From: a virus | Strand: one strand, 5' to 3' | DNA length: 64,000 nt | Virus record (IMG/VR): IMGVR_UViG_3300036766_000032 | Span: 11,897 to 75,896 of that record | In this document: positions 43,776 through 53,534 of the stretch, piece after piece | How the letters are laid out: every line of letters begins with the position of its first letter | How positions within the stretch are numbered: the stretch's first letter is position 1 | Program-made: the position numbers and the translations under genes | Notes under the pieces: generated by a model | Seen by the model: the letters and a program-made list of their open reading frames with translations, nothing else | Database searches by the model: none | What the model was told of the DNA's origin: nothing

Positions 43776-46345
43776 TACGCAGCCCTCTTGTTCAGTAGTA
43801 ACAGCAACTCATCCTCTGACTTGCGGCGTCTGATGTTCGGTGCTGAGACAATTAGAGGCGCAGAGTGCAGCGTAGCCACCGCGCTTCCTCGCATAAGTAT
43901 AGGCCAGATCTCTGCAGAGTACCATAATACCGGCCTCCTGCAAGTCGGTGCACCACCTGCTACCTCTATTCCGCCGTCCGGTTCGTAGCAGTAACAGAGC
44001 GCTATTCGCGGGTGAACCGACAACCAGCCACGCGGGACGATGCTGATTTCCGCAGCCGGTAAGAAGGTGACGAGCGATGCCCCTCCAGTCTGTAATCCAC
44101 CAGACGCGGTGTATCCGCCGCCGCCTATCAGGGCAGCCTCTGCGGCCCCGCCGCTTTGCAGCCCGCCCGTCGCAGCGTAGTCCTTAGTCTTAGCCTGTGC
44201 CGCCGCGCCGCCGCTGCCTAAGCCACCACCTGCCTCGAACGCTTTGCCCTTGGCTACGCCCGCCGCGCCGCCGCTTTGCAGCCCGCCCAGCGCGGCGAAC
44301 TCCTTCGCTTTGGACACCACGGCCACGCCACCCGTCGAAGGACCGCCCGCCGCAATAAAAGACTTTACTTTTACTAAAAAAGAGTATCCGGCGACGTCTA
44401 TGCCGCCCTGTGCAGCGAAGTCCTTCGTCTTGGACCAGTCGGCGCCACTGCCCGCAGAGAGGCCAGACACGGCTGAGTACGTCTTGACCTTGACCAGCTC
44501 CGCGATGCCGCCGCTCTGAAGTCCGCCGCTCGCCGAGTATGAATACGTCTGCCCTCCCCAATAATTTGCGTATCCGTCCGTCAGCACGCCGCCGCTGGAG
44601 TCGAACGCTTTGGTCTTGGACAAGCCCGCCACACCACCCGTGAGCAATCCACCGGACGCGGAGTAGGCGAGGATGTTCGATTCTGACGTCGTGGCTGCGC
44701 CGCTTACGTCTAGACCGCCCTGCGCAGCGAAGTCCTTGGTCTTAGACCAGTCGGCACCACCGCCCGCAGAGGGACCAGACACGGCGATGTAGTCCTTGGT
44801 CTTCGAATATGGGGACGTCCCGCCTAGAACCGTGCCGCCGAGAACTTCCAGCACCTTCGTCTTGCTTAAACTGGCAGCGCCGCCGCTTTGCAGCCCGCCG
44901 CTCGCAAGGTAGGTATAGACGGCTCCTTCAGACGTGTTCGCCGCGCCGCTTGTTTGCGCGCCTCCTGAAGCTGCGAATGCTTTGGTCTTGGCGAAGTCCG
45001 CCACACCGCCGAGCAGCACGCCGCCGCTGACTGCGAACGTCTTCGCCTTCGAGAGCTCCGCCACACCGCCGAGCAGCACGCCGCCGACTCCGGCGTAAGC
45101 GTAGACGTGCGCACCGACTGAGGTGTTCGCACTGCCGCTCGTCTGTACCAGACCCGTCGCGAGAAAGTCCTTTACCTTCGCAAGCGCTGCAGAACCGGCG
45201 ACGTCCACGCCGCCTTGCGCAGCGAAGAGGACAGTCTTAGACCAGTCAGCAGAACCGCCAGTACTCGGACCCGAGACCGCTACGTAGATCTTGACCTTTA
45301 CTAGATCCGCAACGCCGCCAGTTTGAATGCCTCCAGCGGATACAGGCTCCTTCGTCTTTGAAAGACCCGCAACGCCGCCCGTGAGCAAACCCCCGGACGC
45401 GACGTAAACCCCGATGTCGTTCAGCTCAGAAGTAGTTGCCGCGCCGCCTAGACCGATACCGCCGGACGCGATGAAGTCTTTGAGCTTCTGCACACTGGCC
45501 GCACCATCGAACAGTACGCCGCCCGCGACAGCGTAGTCCTTTGTCTTTGACAGGTCAGCGGAACCGCCAGTAGATAAGCTTCCCGACGCAACGTAGGAGT
45601 AGATGTTGGACGTGGGGGAAGTGTTCGCGGCACCTCCGCTCTGCAACCCTCCAGCAGCTTCATAAGCCTTGGTCTTAGACAGGTTTGCGGCACCGCCCGT
45701 CTGGATCCCGCCCACTGCGACGTAAGCACCAACGACGAGACTCTGCTCCGTCGTCGCAATGCCTCCGGTAGAGACGCCACTGACTGCGGAATACGCCTTA
45801 GTCTTCGCGAGATCCGCAACGCCGCTAAGCCCCACCCCGCCGGACGCGATGAACGCTTTGAGCTTAGCGACGTCAGTAGTCCCGCCAGCTAGAACACCGC
45901 CGCTGACGACGTAGTCCTTCGTCTTCGCCAGATCGGCAGCGCCGCTCGCCAGCACGCCTCCAGAAGCGACGTACCCTAGGACGTTGGACTCGGAAGTTGT
46001 GGAAGCGCCGCCCGTGGACACTCCGCCGATTGAGACGTAGGTCTTGGTCTTGGATAGCGCAGGACTGCCGCCAGTGAGCAATCCACCGGAGACCACGTAG
46101 TCCTTCGTCTTGGAAAGTAGTGCTGCACCACCGGAGAGGATTCCTCCGGAAGCTGCGTAAGAACCGATGACGTTTAATTCAGAAGTGGTAGCTGTACCAC
46201 TAGTAGAAATTCCACCAGCTACAGTATAGGACTTGGTTCTTGAGAAGTCAGCTACACCACCGGTCTGGAGTCCGCCCGACCCCTCGTACACATAGGTCTG
46301 GACTACCGACCATCCAAACTGATTCCAGATCTTGACGACATGCAT
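43775..46345 (-). CDS. Gly/Ala/Ser-rich repeat protein, probable head fibre
   Basis: More than 30 repeats of ~20-23 aa: SGG(L/V)x(T/S)GGxAxLSKTKx(Y/F)xA. Confidence 0.75.
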   Translation of the reverse strand: MHVVKIWNQFGWSVVQTYVYEGSGGLQTGGVADFSRTKSYTVAGGISTSGTATTSELNVIGSYAASGGILSGGAALLSKTKDYVVSGGLLTGGSPALSKTKTYVSIGGVSTGGASTTSESNVLGYVASGGVLASGAADLAKTKDYVVSGGVLAGGTTDVAKLKAFIASGGVGLSGVADLAKTKAYSAVSGVSTGGIATTEQSLVVGAYVAVGGIQTGGAANLSKTKAYEAAGGLQSGGAANTSPTSNIYSYVASGSLSTGGSADLSKTKDYAVAGGVLFDGAASVQKLKDFIASGGIGLGGAATTSELNDIGVYVASGGLLTGGVAGLSKTKEPVSAGGIQTGGVADLVKVKIYVAVSGPSTGGSADWSKTVLFAAQGGVDVAGSAALAKVKDFLATGLVQTSGSANTSVGAHVYAYAGVGGVLLGGVAELSKAKTFAVSGGVLLGGVADFAKTKAFAASGGAQTSGAANTSEGAVYTYLASGGLQSGGAASLSKTKVLEVLGGTVLGGTSPYSKTKDYIAVSGPSAGGGADWSKTKDFAAQGGLDVSGAATTSESNILAYSASGGLLTGGVAGLSKTKAFDSSGGVLTDGYANYWGGQTYSYSASGGLQSGGIAELVKVKTYSAVSGLSAGSGADWSKTKDFAAQGGIDVAGYSFLVKVKSFIAAGGPSTGGVAVVSKAKEFAALGGLQSGGAAGVAKGKAFEAGGGLGSGGAAAQAKTKDYAATGGLQSGGAAEAALIGGGGYTASGGLQTGGASLVTFLPAAEISIVPRGWLSVHPRIALCYCYEPDGGIEVAGGAPTCRRPVLWYSAEIWPILMRGSAVATLHSAPLIVSAPNIRRRKSEDELLLLLNKRAA

Positions 46346-46351
46346 GAGCCG

Positions 46352-48055
46352 CTAGTCCGTTAATCGTTTGACGAGGATCGCCGCGAAGGCGCACCCGCTG
46401 ATTGCTCCGTGGGCGTGGATGTGAAAGTAGCTGCCAACTTCTAGTAGCCACGGCTCATGGGGAGCCCAACTGATTGTAGAGTTCGCTGGTACTCGGATGA
46501 TGACTTCCGTACCGGGCACCGTAGCGTCGTTGATGTCGTGCACTTCGCAGTAGATCGCGGCTGCGACAGAACAGGAGAACACGATTTCGAAGTCGTACAA
46601 CTCTTCATTCGCCACACGCGGAGACCTCGCAAGTGTGGTCTCATCCGCGATTGGCGAAGCGCAGATCTCCCCTTCTGTGAACATTGGTAACGTGGAGACC
46701 GATAGCGTGGCGTACCACTCCGTCGTAGCCGCACCTCCCGTCGTGACTCCTCCGGAGACGCTGGTCAACTTGTCCTTTGACACCTCCGCGACGCCGCCAG
46801 TCTGCGCACCGCCGCTGCCCGTGGGAGCTTTGGTCTTGGCGAGCGTGGCGGTGCCCGCTGTCTGCGCGCCTCCAGACGCGATGTAGCTATGCCCGAACAG
46901 CGTCTGCGCGACGCCACTCGCCGCAATACCACCGGAGACGGGGAAGTCCTTGCCCTTCGCTACAGACGCCGCACCGACTGTAGCCGCACCGCCAGAAGCG
47001 AGCGTGGCCTTTACCTTCAAAACGGCTGAGACACCGCCTGATGCCGCGCCGCCGACGCCCGTGTACAAACCCTTACTCGCGAACATCTGGGTCGTGGCGA
47101 CACCGCTCGTGGAGGCACCGCCGACACCCGTGTACGTCTTGACCACGGCGGGATTAGTGAAGTAGCCAAGCCGGTAGGAGTCTACACCCGTGTTGGAGAT
47201 GTTCCCCTGCGAGACGTACGAAGCATCAACGCCGACCGTGTCGAACGCATGTGACGCGCCGCCAGGATAGTCGAGCAGGGACGTGGCCGAGTCGTCCTTG
47301 TCGCGCACGCCGTACGTGTAAGTCGTCGCACTAGAGATCGTTTCAATGAGTTGCGCAACTGAAGCTGAGGCAGCAGCGTAGTCGATCCACGAGCCGGACG
47401 TCGATAGTGAGATGTTCGTGGCGTTGGTAGCGTACACTGCGCTCGACTTGACGTACCCGATCAGGAAATACACATCCCCGTTCGAGCCGTAAGCGTCACA
47501 GTTCTCAGTCCCGTCTACCCCGCACTCGCCCCAGATGTGCGCGTCGCACGCCTGCGTTCGATTGTCCGTTGAGCCGTTCTTGCGAAGTCCGACGTTCGCA
47601 GCGGACACGCGCTCGAAGATTGCTCCTATCGCCGTATCCGCTCCAGTGTCGGCGGAGATATCTACTCCACGCCAAGCGTCGCCCATGCCGCCGCCACTGA
47701 GTGTCTTGGATACGCCGGTGGTGAAGAACACCGCGTCGTCGGTGTGATAGCCGACGAGCCAGATCTGTACAGACGCGTTCCCGACGTACGCTTCGAAGAT
47801 GTTGCTCGCATCGACGCCCACCGCACCCATTCCCTGATAGTGGGTGCCGATGTTGGTTATGCGGTTGTCGGCCGAACCGTTCTTCCGCAGACCCACCGCG
47901 TACGAGGTGGCTGTGCTCGTGTTCTTTACGATCAGCTTGACGCCAGAGATCGATCCAGCAAGGCTGGTTACGAAGAAGCTGTCCAGGTCGACGGCTTGCC
48001 AAGACCCCGTCGTGACTGGAGTTACATTGACCGGCGTGACTGTGAAGTAGGACAT
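46352..48055 (-). CDS. Fibre-like protein (beta-rich head plus the same Gly-rich repeats)
   Basis: VGLRKNGS.DNR twice; repeats shared with 43775-46345. Confidence 0.65.
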   Translation of the reverse strand: MSYFTVTPVNVTPVTTGSWQAVDLDSFFVTSLAGSISGVKLIVKNTSTATSYAVGLRKNGSADNRITNIGTHYQGMGAVGVDASNIFEAYVGNASVQIWLVGYHTDDAVFFTTGVSKTLSGGGMGDAWRGVDISADTGADTAIGAIFERVSAANVGLRKNGSTDNRTQACDAHIWGECGVDGTENCDAYGSNGDVYFLIGYVKSSAVYATNATNISLSTSGSWIDYAAASASVAQLIETISSATTYTYGVRDKDDSATSLLDYPGGASHAFDTVGVDASYVSQGNISNTGVDSYRLGYFTNPAVVKTYTGVGGASTSGVATTQMFASKGLYTGVGGAASGGVSAVLKVKATLASGGAATVGAASVAKGKDFPVSGGIAASGVAQTLFGHSYIASGGAQTAGTATLAKTKAPTGSGGAQTGGVAEVSKDKLTSVSGGVTTGGAATTEWYATLSVSTLPMFTEGEICASPIADETTLARSPRVANEELYDFEIVFSCSVAAAIYCEVHDINDATVPGTEVIIRVPANSTISWAPHEPWLLEVGSYFHIHAHGAISGCAFAAILVKRLTD

Positions 48056-48065
48056 GACCGCTCCG

Positions 48066-49112
48066 TCAGTTCAGTCGTTCGCGAACACGCATGTTGATCG
48101 CGTAATGTGTAGACACCGTCAACGCCGTCGGCGTGCGCCACGCCACGCCAGAGCCAGGACGGATGACGACCAGCTCTTCTTCCAAACCGCCGAAGTCCAT
48201 CCGCGTATGTGCGTGGTTGTCGCTCAGCGGGAGGGTTACAGAAAGGAGCGGAGTACCGGACGTCGTGATGGTTTCGCCAGCCGCTTCCGCCCGGTACGTT
48301 GCGAGCGCCGTTGAGAAGTCTGTGTCTGTAGGTTCCGCCGTCGCCGCCGTCATCAGTACTCGGTCTGCGGATACGCGAATCAGCTCAAGTGCTAGGTTGG
48401 TGTTTGAGAATCCGCCGCCGCCGACCGGCATGTACGCTGCCGTGATCTCCACGTAGTCGAGCAGCACATCGACGCCCGTAGTGGCTGGATTCCACATCAT
48501 CATGACGCCATTGTTCAGCGCTGGAGCCGCCTCCATGTAGCGCGAAGCGAACAGGTAGCCACCGCGCACGGAGCCGGTCGCAGCTGAGCCAAGGTACTGG
48601 CTGACCGCGCTCGGCAGTACGGACGCTGCGAACCACGGGTTGAACTTCACAACGATCGACGTGCTCGGTGCTGTAGCTTCCGTGGTGACCTTGACGATCA
48701 GATATGGAATCGCTCCTGCTAGTCCGTTGACGACGCCTTCCAACTTCACTCCGCTGCGAGGACTGCGAACTACGAACGCGTCGATCGGCTTCGAGAACGC
48801 AGTCACTCCGTCCAGCGACGGGTAGACCTTTACCCAGACGTTCGTCGAGCCCGTGCCGGAAGCCTCGACGACGAGCGTGTACGCGTTGAAGCCGTCTATC
48901 CCTAGACTCGCCGCGCTCGCCGTGTACGTCGTGTTGATGGCAGGCGCCGCTTGATTAAGGAGCGTCGTAAACCCCGGCTGCATCTGACTCTGGTATGGGA
49001 TAACGCGCTCGCGATACACAAGCAAAGAAGCGACCGTGCTCGCCTCCATATCCAGACGCTTGCCGGTAGAGTCGACTGGAATCTGGACATAGGCATCAGC
49101 CCCTTGCGGCAT
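48066..49112 (-). CDS. Hypothetical beta-rich virion protein
   Basis: YVQ.P.DSTGK N-terminus; late-operon position. Confidence 0.6.
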   Translation of the reverse strand: MPQGADAYVQIPVDSTGKRLDMEASTVASLLVYRERVIPYQSQMQPGFTTLLNQAAPAINTTYTASAASLGIDGFNAYTLVVEASGTGSTNVWVKVYPSLDGVTAFSKPIDAFVVRSPRSGVKLEGVVNGLAGAIPYLIVKVTTEATAPSTSIVVKFNPWFAASVLPSAVSQYLGSAATGSVRGGYLFASRYMEAAPALNNGVMMMWNPATTGVDVLLDYVEITAAYMPVGGGGFSNTNLALELIRVSADRVLMTAATAEPTDTDFSTALATYRAEAAGETITTSGTPLLSVTLPLSDNHAHTRMDFGGLEEELVVIRPGSGVAWRTPTALTVSTHYAINMRVRERLN

Positions 49113-49113
49113 C

Positions 49114-49365
49114 TTAGTACCTGCTCTTGACCAAGTCCCACAGCGCCATGAGTAGCGCCCCCTCACCAGCATCGACGGGCAAGTCTACCAACCCGTCTAC
49201 GGAACGGTGCCCGTCCGCTGTCTTGAGCAACGCTTGAACATAGGTGCGCCGCACTTCGACCTTTCGAAGAGCCTGTTCTGAGCTCTCCCCAGACCGAAGG
49301 TGCTCAGCCCCTTCCGACGTCACGTCCCGCGCAACGGCGGAGATCAGCTTAAGCGCGACCTCCAT
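49114..49365 (-). CDS. Hypothetical protein
   Basis: Tight operon packing. Confidence 0.55.
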   Translation of the reverse strand: MEVALKLISAVARDVTSEGAEHLRSGESSEQALRKVEVRRTYVQALLKTADGHRSVDGLVDLPVDAGEGALLMALWDLVKSRY

Positions 49366-49366
49366 C

Positions 49367-49621
49367 TCAGACGTAGCCTGCTGCGGCCCCTTCTACCTTG
49401 GCTGGACGACGCAACTCTGGGATGTCTGCCAGACTCGCCTGCGTCAGCGCGGAGAGATCGGCGTCCGATAAAGTGACGACCAGCTTGGTGTTTCCTTTAT
49501 CGTCCGTCTGGTGGAATTCCTGTGCCGTGAACTCTGCACCGGACTCGTTGGTATACTTGGAAGTCGTATAGATCCCGACCTTGCCTTTCATCTTTACCCA
49601 CATACCGCGACGAAGTGCCAT
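49367..49621 (-). CDS. Hypothetical protein
   Basis: AGGAGG RBS before ATG 49621. Confidence 0.65.
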   Translation of the reverse strand: MALRRGMWVKMKGKVGIYTTSKYTNESGAEFTAQEFHQTDDKGNTKLVVTLSDADLSALTQASLADIPELRRPAKVEGAAAGYV

Positions 49622-49643
49622 TTGGTGTTTCCTCCTGCTGGTT

Positions 49644-49733
49644 GAACATCTTTTGAACTTCGGTGTTTGTGACACGTAGAACTTCGTAACCTAGCTTATT
49701 CAGAACTGTCGTACGCTTCTTGTCACGCTTTAA
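49644..49733 (-). pseudogene. Relic C-terminus of a DUF559/Vsr-like endonuclease
   Basis: Frame reads LKRDKKRTTVLNKLGYEVLRVTNTEVQKMF; upstream in-frame TAG at 49767-49769, no ATG start. Confidence 0.6.
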
Positions 49734-49770
49734 ATAGGGGGGCGTAATCGACAGCGGCGCACACCCCTAT
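49732..49770 (-). terminator. Putative hairpin/terminator
   Basis: ATAGGGG...CCCCTATTT after ORF 49779-50183. Confidence 0.4.
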
Positions 49771-49778
49771 AGCAAATC

Positions 49779-50183
49779 TTAATCCAAGGTTATTTTAGGC
49801 GTGACCTTAATCTGATCTCCGTTATTCACGACTTGGTAAGGCCCGTCAGAGAATCTCTCCGCCCACGCAATTCGTCCACTCGACGCACGAGTCATAAAAT
49901 ACCCGTAGTTATTCTGCGACTGAGAGCCTGCGGTCGATGTGAATGTTTGCTGCGCGTACGCGCCGTCCGATGGAGCTCCTTCGGTTACTACCCAACTCGC
50001 TCCTGTCAACGTCGCCGCTGAGTATCCAGTCCAAGTGGCCTCGGTGTACGTCGCAGCGGTGTCAGTTTCTGCCGGTGTGGTGTTGGATTGATAGAGCCGA
50101 AGAATTACGTTCTCCGCTGCTGAGAAATTCAAGAGATATTTGAGCATATCTCCTTCGCCATGGTTAGGCACCAGTAGAGTCAC
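49779..50183 (-). CDS. Virion structural protein (fibre-base type)
   Basis: LRLY....TP...DT...YTEA...GY, AERF, GD.I.VT. Confidence 0.7.
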   Translation of the reverse strand: MTLLVPNHGEGDMLKYLLNFSAAENVILRLYQSNTTPAETDTAATYTEATWTGYSAATLTGASWVVTEGAPSDGAYAQQTFTSTAGSQSQNNYGYFMTRASSGRIAWAERFSDGPYQVVNNGDQIKVTPKITLD

Positions 50184-50220
50184 TTTTAAATCCTCCGCCA
50201 GCTTCTAGCTGGTCATTAAG

Positions 50221-50391
50221 TTAAACGACGATACATCCACCACGCGTGTGGAGGACGCTTTCTGCACCTTCCGACTTCCCTTTAAACCGAGTCTTCTTCA
50301 AATGCGCCTTCCACTTCTCCGATAATTCAAGCCACGGCCAATCCTTATCCCATTCCTGTACCTGTACCTGACCGTCCAACCTTCTAACCAC
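50221..50391 (-). CDS. 56-aa hypothetical protein, absent from the ORF track (MVRRLDGQVQVQEWDKDWPW...)
   Basis: GTG start behind GAGGG, overlapping the upstream stop. Confidence 0.5.
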   Translation of the reverse strand: MVRRLDGQVQVQEWDKDWPWLELSEKWKAHLKKTRFKGKSEGAESVLHTRGGCIVV

Positions 50392-50560
50392 TGCCCTCGC
50401 ATTCCATATTCGGCTTGTACAAAGCCTCGTTCAACTTCGCCGCTTCCTGCTTGGCTAGTGCTTCATCGAGCGCTTTATCCAGCGCGTCGTCCCATCGATC
50501 GAACGGATCCTTACCGGGTTCCGCTGTCGACGAGCTTGGGGGTTTCTCCGGTGTTGTCAT
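50384..50560 (-). CDS. Small acidic protein, candidate antitoxin for the zeta-like domain
   Basis: GGAGG RBS; overlaps the 3' end of the polyprotein gene. Confidence 0.55.
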   Translation of the reverse strand: MTTPEKPPSSSTAEPGKDPFDRWDDALDKALDEALAKQEAAKLNEALYKPNMECEGSG

Positions 50561-53534
50561 ACTTCCTCCAGGATTTCGCATATGGTTTTAATGCGTCGTA
50601 GCTCTTATCAATACCAGACCCGAATGCCGTGGCCGCGTACACTGGCGGAACAAACCGACCCCCTTTCTTGAACCGCTCGTACGCACGTTGACCGGATTTA
50701 AGATCGCTGACGTGAACCTGCACCACGTGCACGTCGTACCCAAGTCTGGTCAACTTCTCCGCCATTTTTTCCATCTTTGTGGTATTCTTACCGGTCATAT
50801 CGAACACCGCATTGTGGCGCCCAGCGAGCACCTTACCCATGAAGTCCTTCTCCGCGATGTCCGCCGCGCGCTCGTGATACGCTCCTGCAAGTCTTGGTGT
50901 GTAGCCCGGAAGCGCTTCCATCACTTTGTCCGCGTCTACTGTAGTGTACTCTCCTTTTAGATCCAGATGCTCCTTCCGAACGGTACTCTTCCCAGATCCC
51001 GGCTTGCCCATCATTACGACTGCTTGCGGACGCTCACCCGGAGCTGCCGCAGAATTCGGGTTGATCAACTTGGTCGCAATGTCGGCGTTCTCCGCCTTCG
51101 CTTCAGGTGTGTAGTCCACACCGTTGGTCGTAACTCCAGGATCGTTCTTGTGATCGCCACGGTCCGCGTTCGCCTTGTGCGCTGCGATGACGGCTGGATC
51201 TTGCTCCACTACAATCGAGAAGTCTTTGACAGACGTAGCGGTGAGCGGAGTTACTCCGGTCTCTGTCGATCGCGTTGATGTATCCCCACCACCACCTTCC
51301 CCAAACCTGCCCGCCTCTCCACGCGGATGCAACGATTCGTCCCAACCGGCTTTCTCGACGGACTCTTCCGTGTTGACAATGCGTACGATGTCGCCTGCTG
51401 CGTTGCGCTCAACCTCCTGCACTGTGCGCGTCGGACGCGGCACGCTGACCTGGATCACTGGAGCGAGTGCTTGTGGAACGTTGACGTGCACTGTAGGCGG
51501 TTGCACACTGAGCGCCATCGACTTGGAGATCGACTCTAGCAACACCAACGTCTGAGAATAGAATTCCGGGACTGTGTCTTTAGGCCCGATCGTTAGTTGC
51601 ACAGGAGTAGGTGCGAACAGCGCACGAGCGGCGAGTAGTTTAGCACGGACCTCGTCGGTGCTGGCCGCCTTGGTGATGCCTCGCAGCGCAGTCGCTACGC
51701 GCTTCATCGTGTTGTCCGGCTTGCGCAGCACGCCATGAACGTTGATCCGATCCCCGCCGCCGATTTCTTCAAGCTCCACTTGCTCGAAACAGGGTCGATC
51801 CTCCACGAACTTCGGGTTGGTCCAGAACGCGAACGAAGACTTGTTCCAGAACGTCTTGTGGTCTGGGTGTGCGAACGCCCCTTCTCCTCGGGTGGAGGGC
51901 GTCTCGAACTCTAACGTTCCGCCGGGCTTGAGCACTCTGTAAATCTCCCGCATGATCGCGTCGGCGTCAGAACAGTGTTCCAGGAAGTGGAGCGCACGTA
52001 TCTCATCAACCGAGTCGTCCCCGCACGGGATGCCGTTCTCCAAGTCCCATGTGACGTCCGCGTCTGACTCCGGGTTAGAGTCGATGCCGACGAACCCCTC
52101 TGCCTTGGACTTGCCGCACCCGAGGTCAAGCTTCAACTCGCCGTCCTTGAGAATACGGATCGCGTCTTCCGGGATGTCGTGCTTCGGTTGTTTACTCCCA
52201 CCGGTAAGGGAGCCGCCGATGTGAACGTCCCCGAGCGTCGGTTGGGACTTCTCCGTGGGCGCTCCTTCAGCATCAGTCAACTGGACATCCTTGCCTATCT
52301 CTATCTCTGTAATGTTTAGAACCTTGCGCGCCCATTCGCGATCCTGTTCCTTCGATTCTTCACTCAACTCAGAGTACGGAACGAACAGAGTCTTCCAACG
52401 GTCTATCCGCGCTGGAGTAATCTTTTCGGTGTCCATGATATTCTTGGCCCATTGACGCCACTGCTCATGTTCCAAGTCGGCAAGCTGCTCCAGAACGGAG
52501 TCCGATTTTGTAGTTGGTTCTTGGTCATCGTCCAACGGTTCAACGTACTCCGGTCCGGCAACGATGTCGAACTCCGGGAGCGCTGACGGTAGGTCGTTGG
52601 CTCCGTCTACGCTCAGAGTGATATGCGGAGAATACCCCTCATAGTCCCATCTAGCTCCTGAGTCAATCGCAGCCTGATGCTGCGCACGCAGAACCGGATG
52701 ATCTACGAACAGCACCGGACAGCCCTCCTCACCCAGTCGACCTAGCTTGAACTTCACAGCGCTCAATTCGACCGGGTCCTCGTATGCGCGGTGCTCTACC
52801 GGCGTTCGGCTGTAGACCGTGGTAATGTGGAATTCGTTTGCCGGGTGTATGTTCTTAAGTCCATTTTCTTCACACCACGCATGCAGACGCTCAGCCGACT
52901 CAGGCTGAAGCGCGAACGCAGCATACGTCCCTCTATCTGCGGACTTCACTACCTGTACTTCTGGAGTCGGACGCTTGCGCAGTACGAGGTCGTAGACCGG
53001 CACGAAGTCGTCGTGCGCGCCTTGTGGGTTGTAGATGAAGTGACAAATCCCTTTCTTGTCCGGGTCGAACACCTTGCGACACTGTAGCCAGACGTTCTCA
53101 TCCTGAATAAGGAAGTTGCCGAAGCCGTCGTTCTTTGCGCGGAACAGAATGTCCAGGTCGCCGGGATTTTCTTTGCCCTTGACGGTGGATCCGACGAGCG
53201 ACACGAAGTTCTGCACAACGACAAGTTCGTCCGGCGCGGACTCAAATGATGAACGGACATAATCAGGAAGCGTTGCCGCTTTACCCACGATGAGCTGAGT
53301 TAGCTCGCTGCCCTCATGTTTGAATCCACGCCGATCGAACTCTTGCAACACCCAGTCTGCGGCGTTGACGTAGTCCTCAATCGCCTTCCCGTTCTCATGT
53401 GCGGTGACGTACCATTGATTGAGCCTGAGCCACGCCATGCGGATCTCATCGTCGGACGCTGCCCGCAACTTCTCCGGAGTCATGTCGACCAGCGCCATTT
53501 TGACCACGCCCCCCAAAGGAGTCACTGCGCTCAC
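50511..53534 (-). CDS. Multi-domain effector protein: Pol-beta nucleotidyltransferase, Acb1-like 2H phosphoesterase, RyR domain, SAM methyltransferase, HPR motif, zeta-toxin-like kinase
   Basis: VGS...GDLD; HITTVYS and PHITLS; LA..EH.QW...LFVPYSELSE..KE.DR; LDLGCG...HFLEH; WDESLHPRG.AGRF; GKPGSGKS...GGRFVP...YDN. Confidence 0.85.
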   Translation of the reverse strand: MSAVTPLGGVVKMALVDMTPEKLRAASDDEIRMAWLRLNQWYVTAHENGKAIEDYVNAADWVLQEFDRRGFKHEGSELTQLIVGKAATLPDYVRSSFESAPDELVVVQNFVSLVGSTVKGKENPGDLDILFRAKNDGFGNFLIQDENVWLQCRKVFDPDKKGICHFIYNPQGAHDDFVPVYDLVLRKRPTPEVQVVKSADRGTYAAFALQPESAERLHAWCEENGLKNIHPANEFHITTVYSRTPVEHRAYEDPVELSAVKFKLGRLGEEGCPVLFVDHPVLRAQHQAAIDSGARWDYEGYSPHITLSVDGANDLPSALPEFDIVAGPEYVEPLDDDQEPTTKSDSVLEQLADLEHEQWRQWAKNIMDTEKITPARIDRWKTLFVPYSELSEESKEQDREWARKVLNITEIEIGKDVQLTDAEGAPTEKSQPTLGDVHIGGSLTGGSKQPKHDIPEDAIRILKDGELKLDLGCGKSKAEGFVGIDSNPESDADVTWDLENGIPCGDDSVDEIRALHFLEHCSDADAIMREIYRVLKPGGTLEFETPSTRGEGAFAHPDHKTFWNKSSFAFWTNPKFVEDRPCFEQVELEEIGGGDRINVHGVLRKPDNTMKRVATALRGITKAASTDEVRAKLLAARALFAPTPVQLTIGPKDTVPEFYSQTLVLLESISKSMALSVQPPTVHVNVPQALAPVIQVSVPRPTRTVQEVERNAAGDIVRIVNTEESVEKAGWDESLHPRGEAGRFGEGGGGDTSTRSTETGVTPLTATSVKDFSIVVEQDPAVIAAHKANADRGDHKNDPGVTTNGVDYTPEAKAENADIATKLINPNSAAAPGERPQAVVMMGKPGSGKSTVRKEHLDLKGEYTTVDADKVMEALPGYTPRLAGAYHERAADIAEKDFMGKVLAGRHNAVFDMTGKNTTKMEKMAEKLTRLGYDVHVVQVHVSDLKSGQRAYERFKKGGRFVPPVYAATAFGSGIDKSYDALKPYAKSWRKYDNTGETPKLVDSGTR

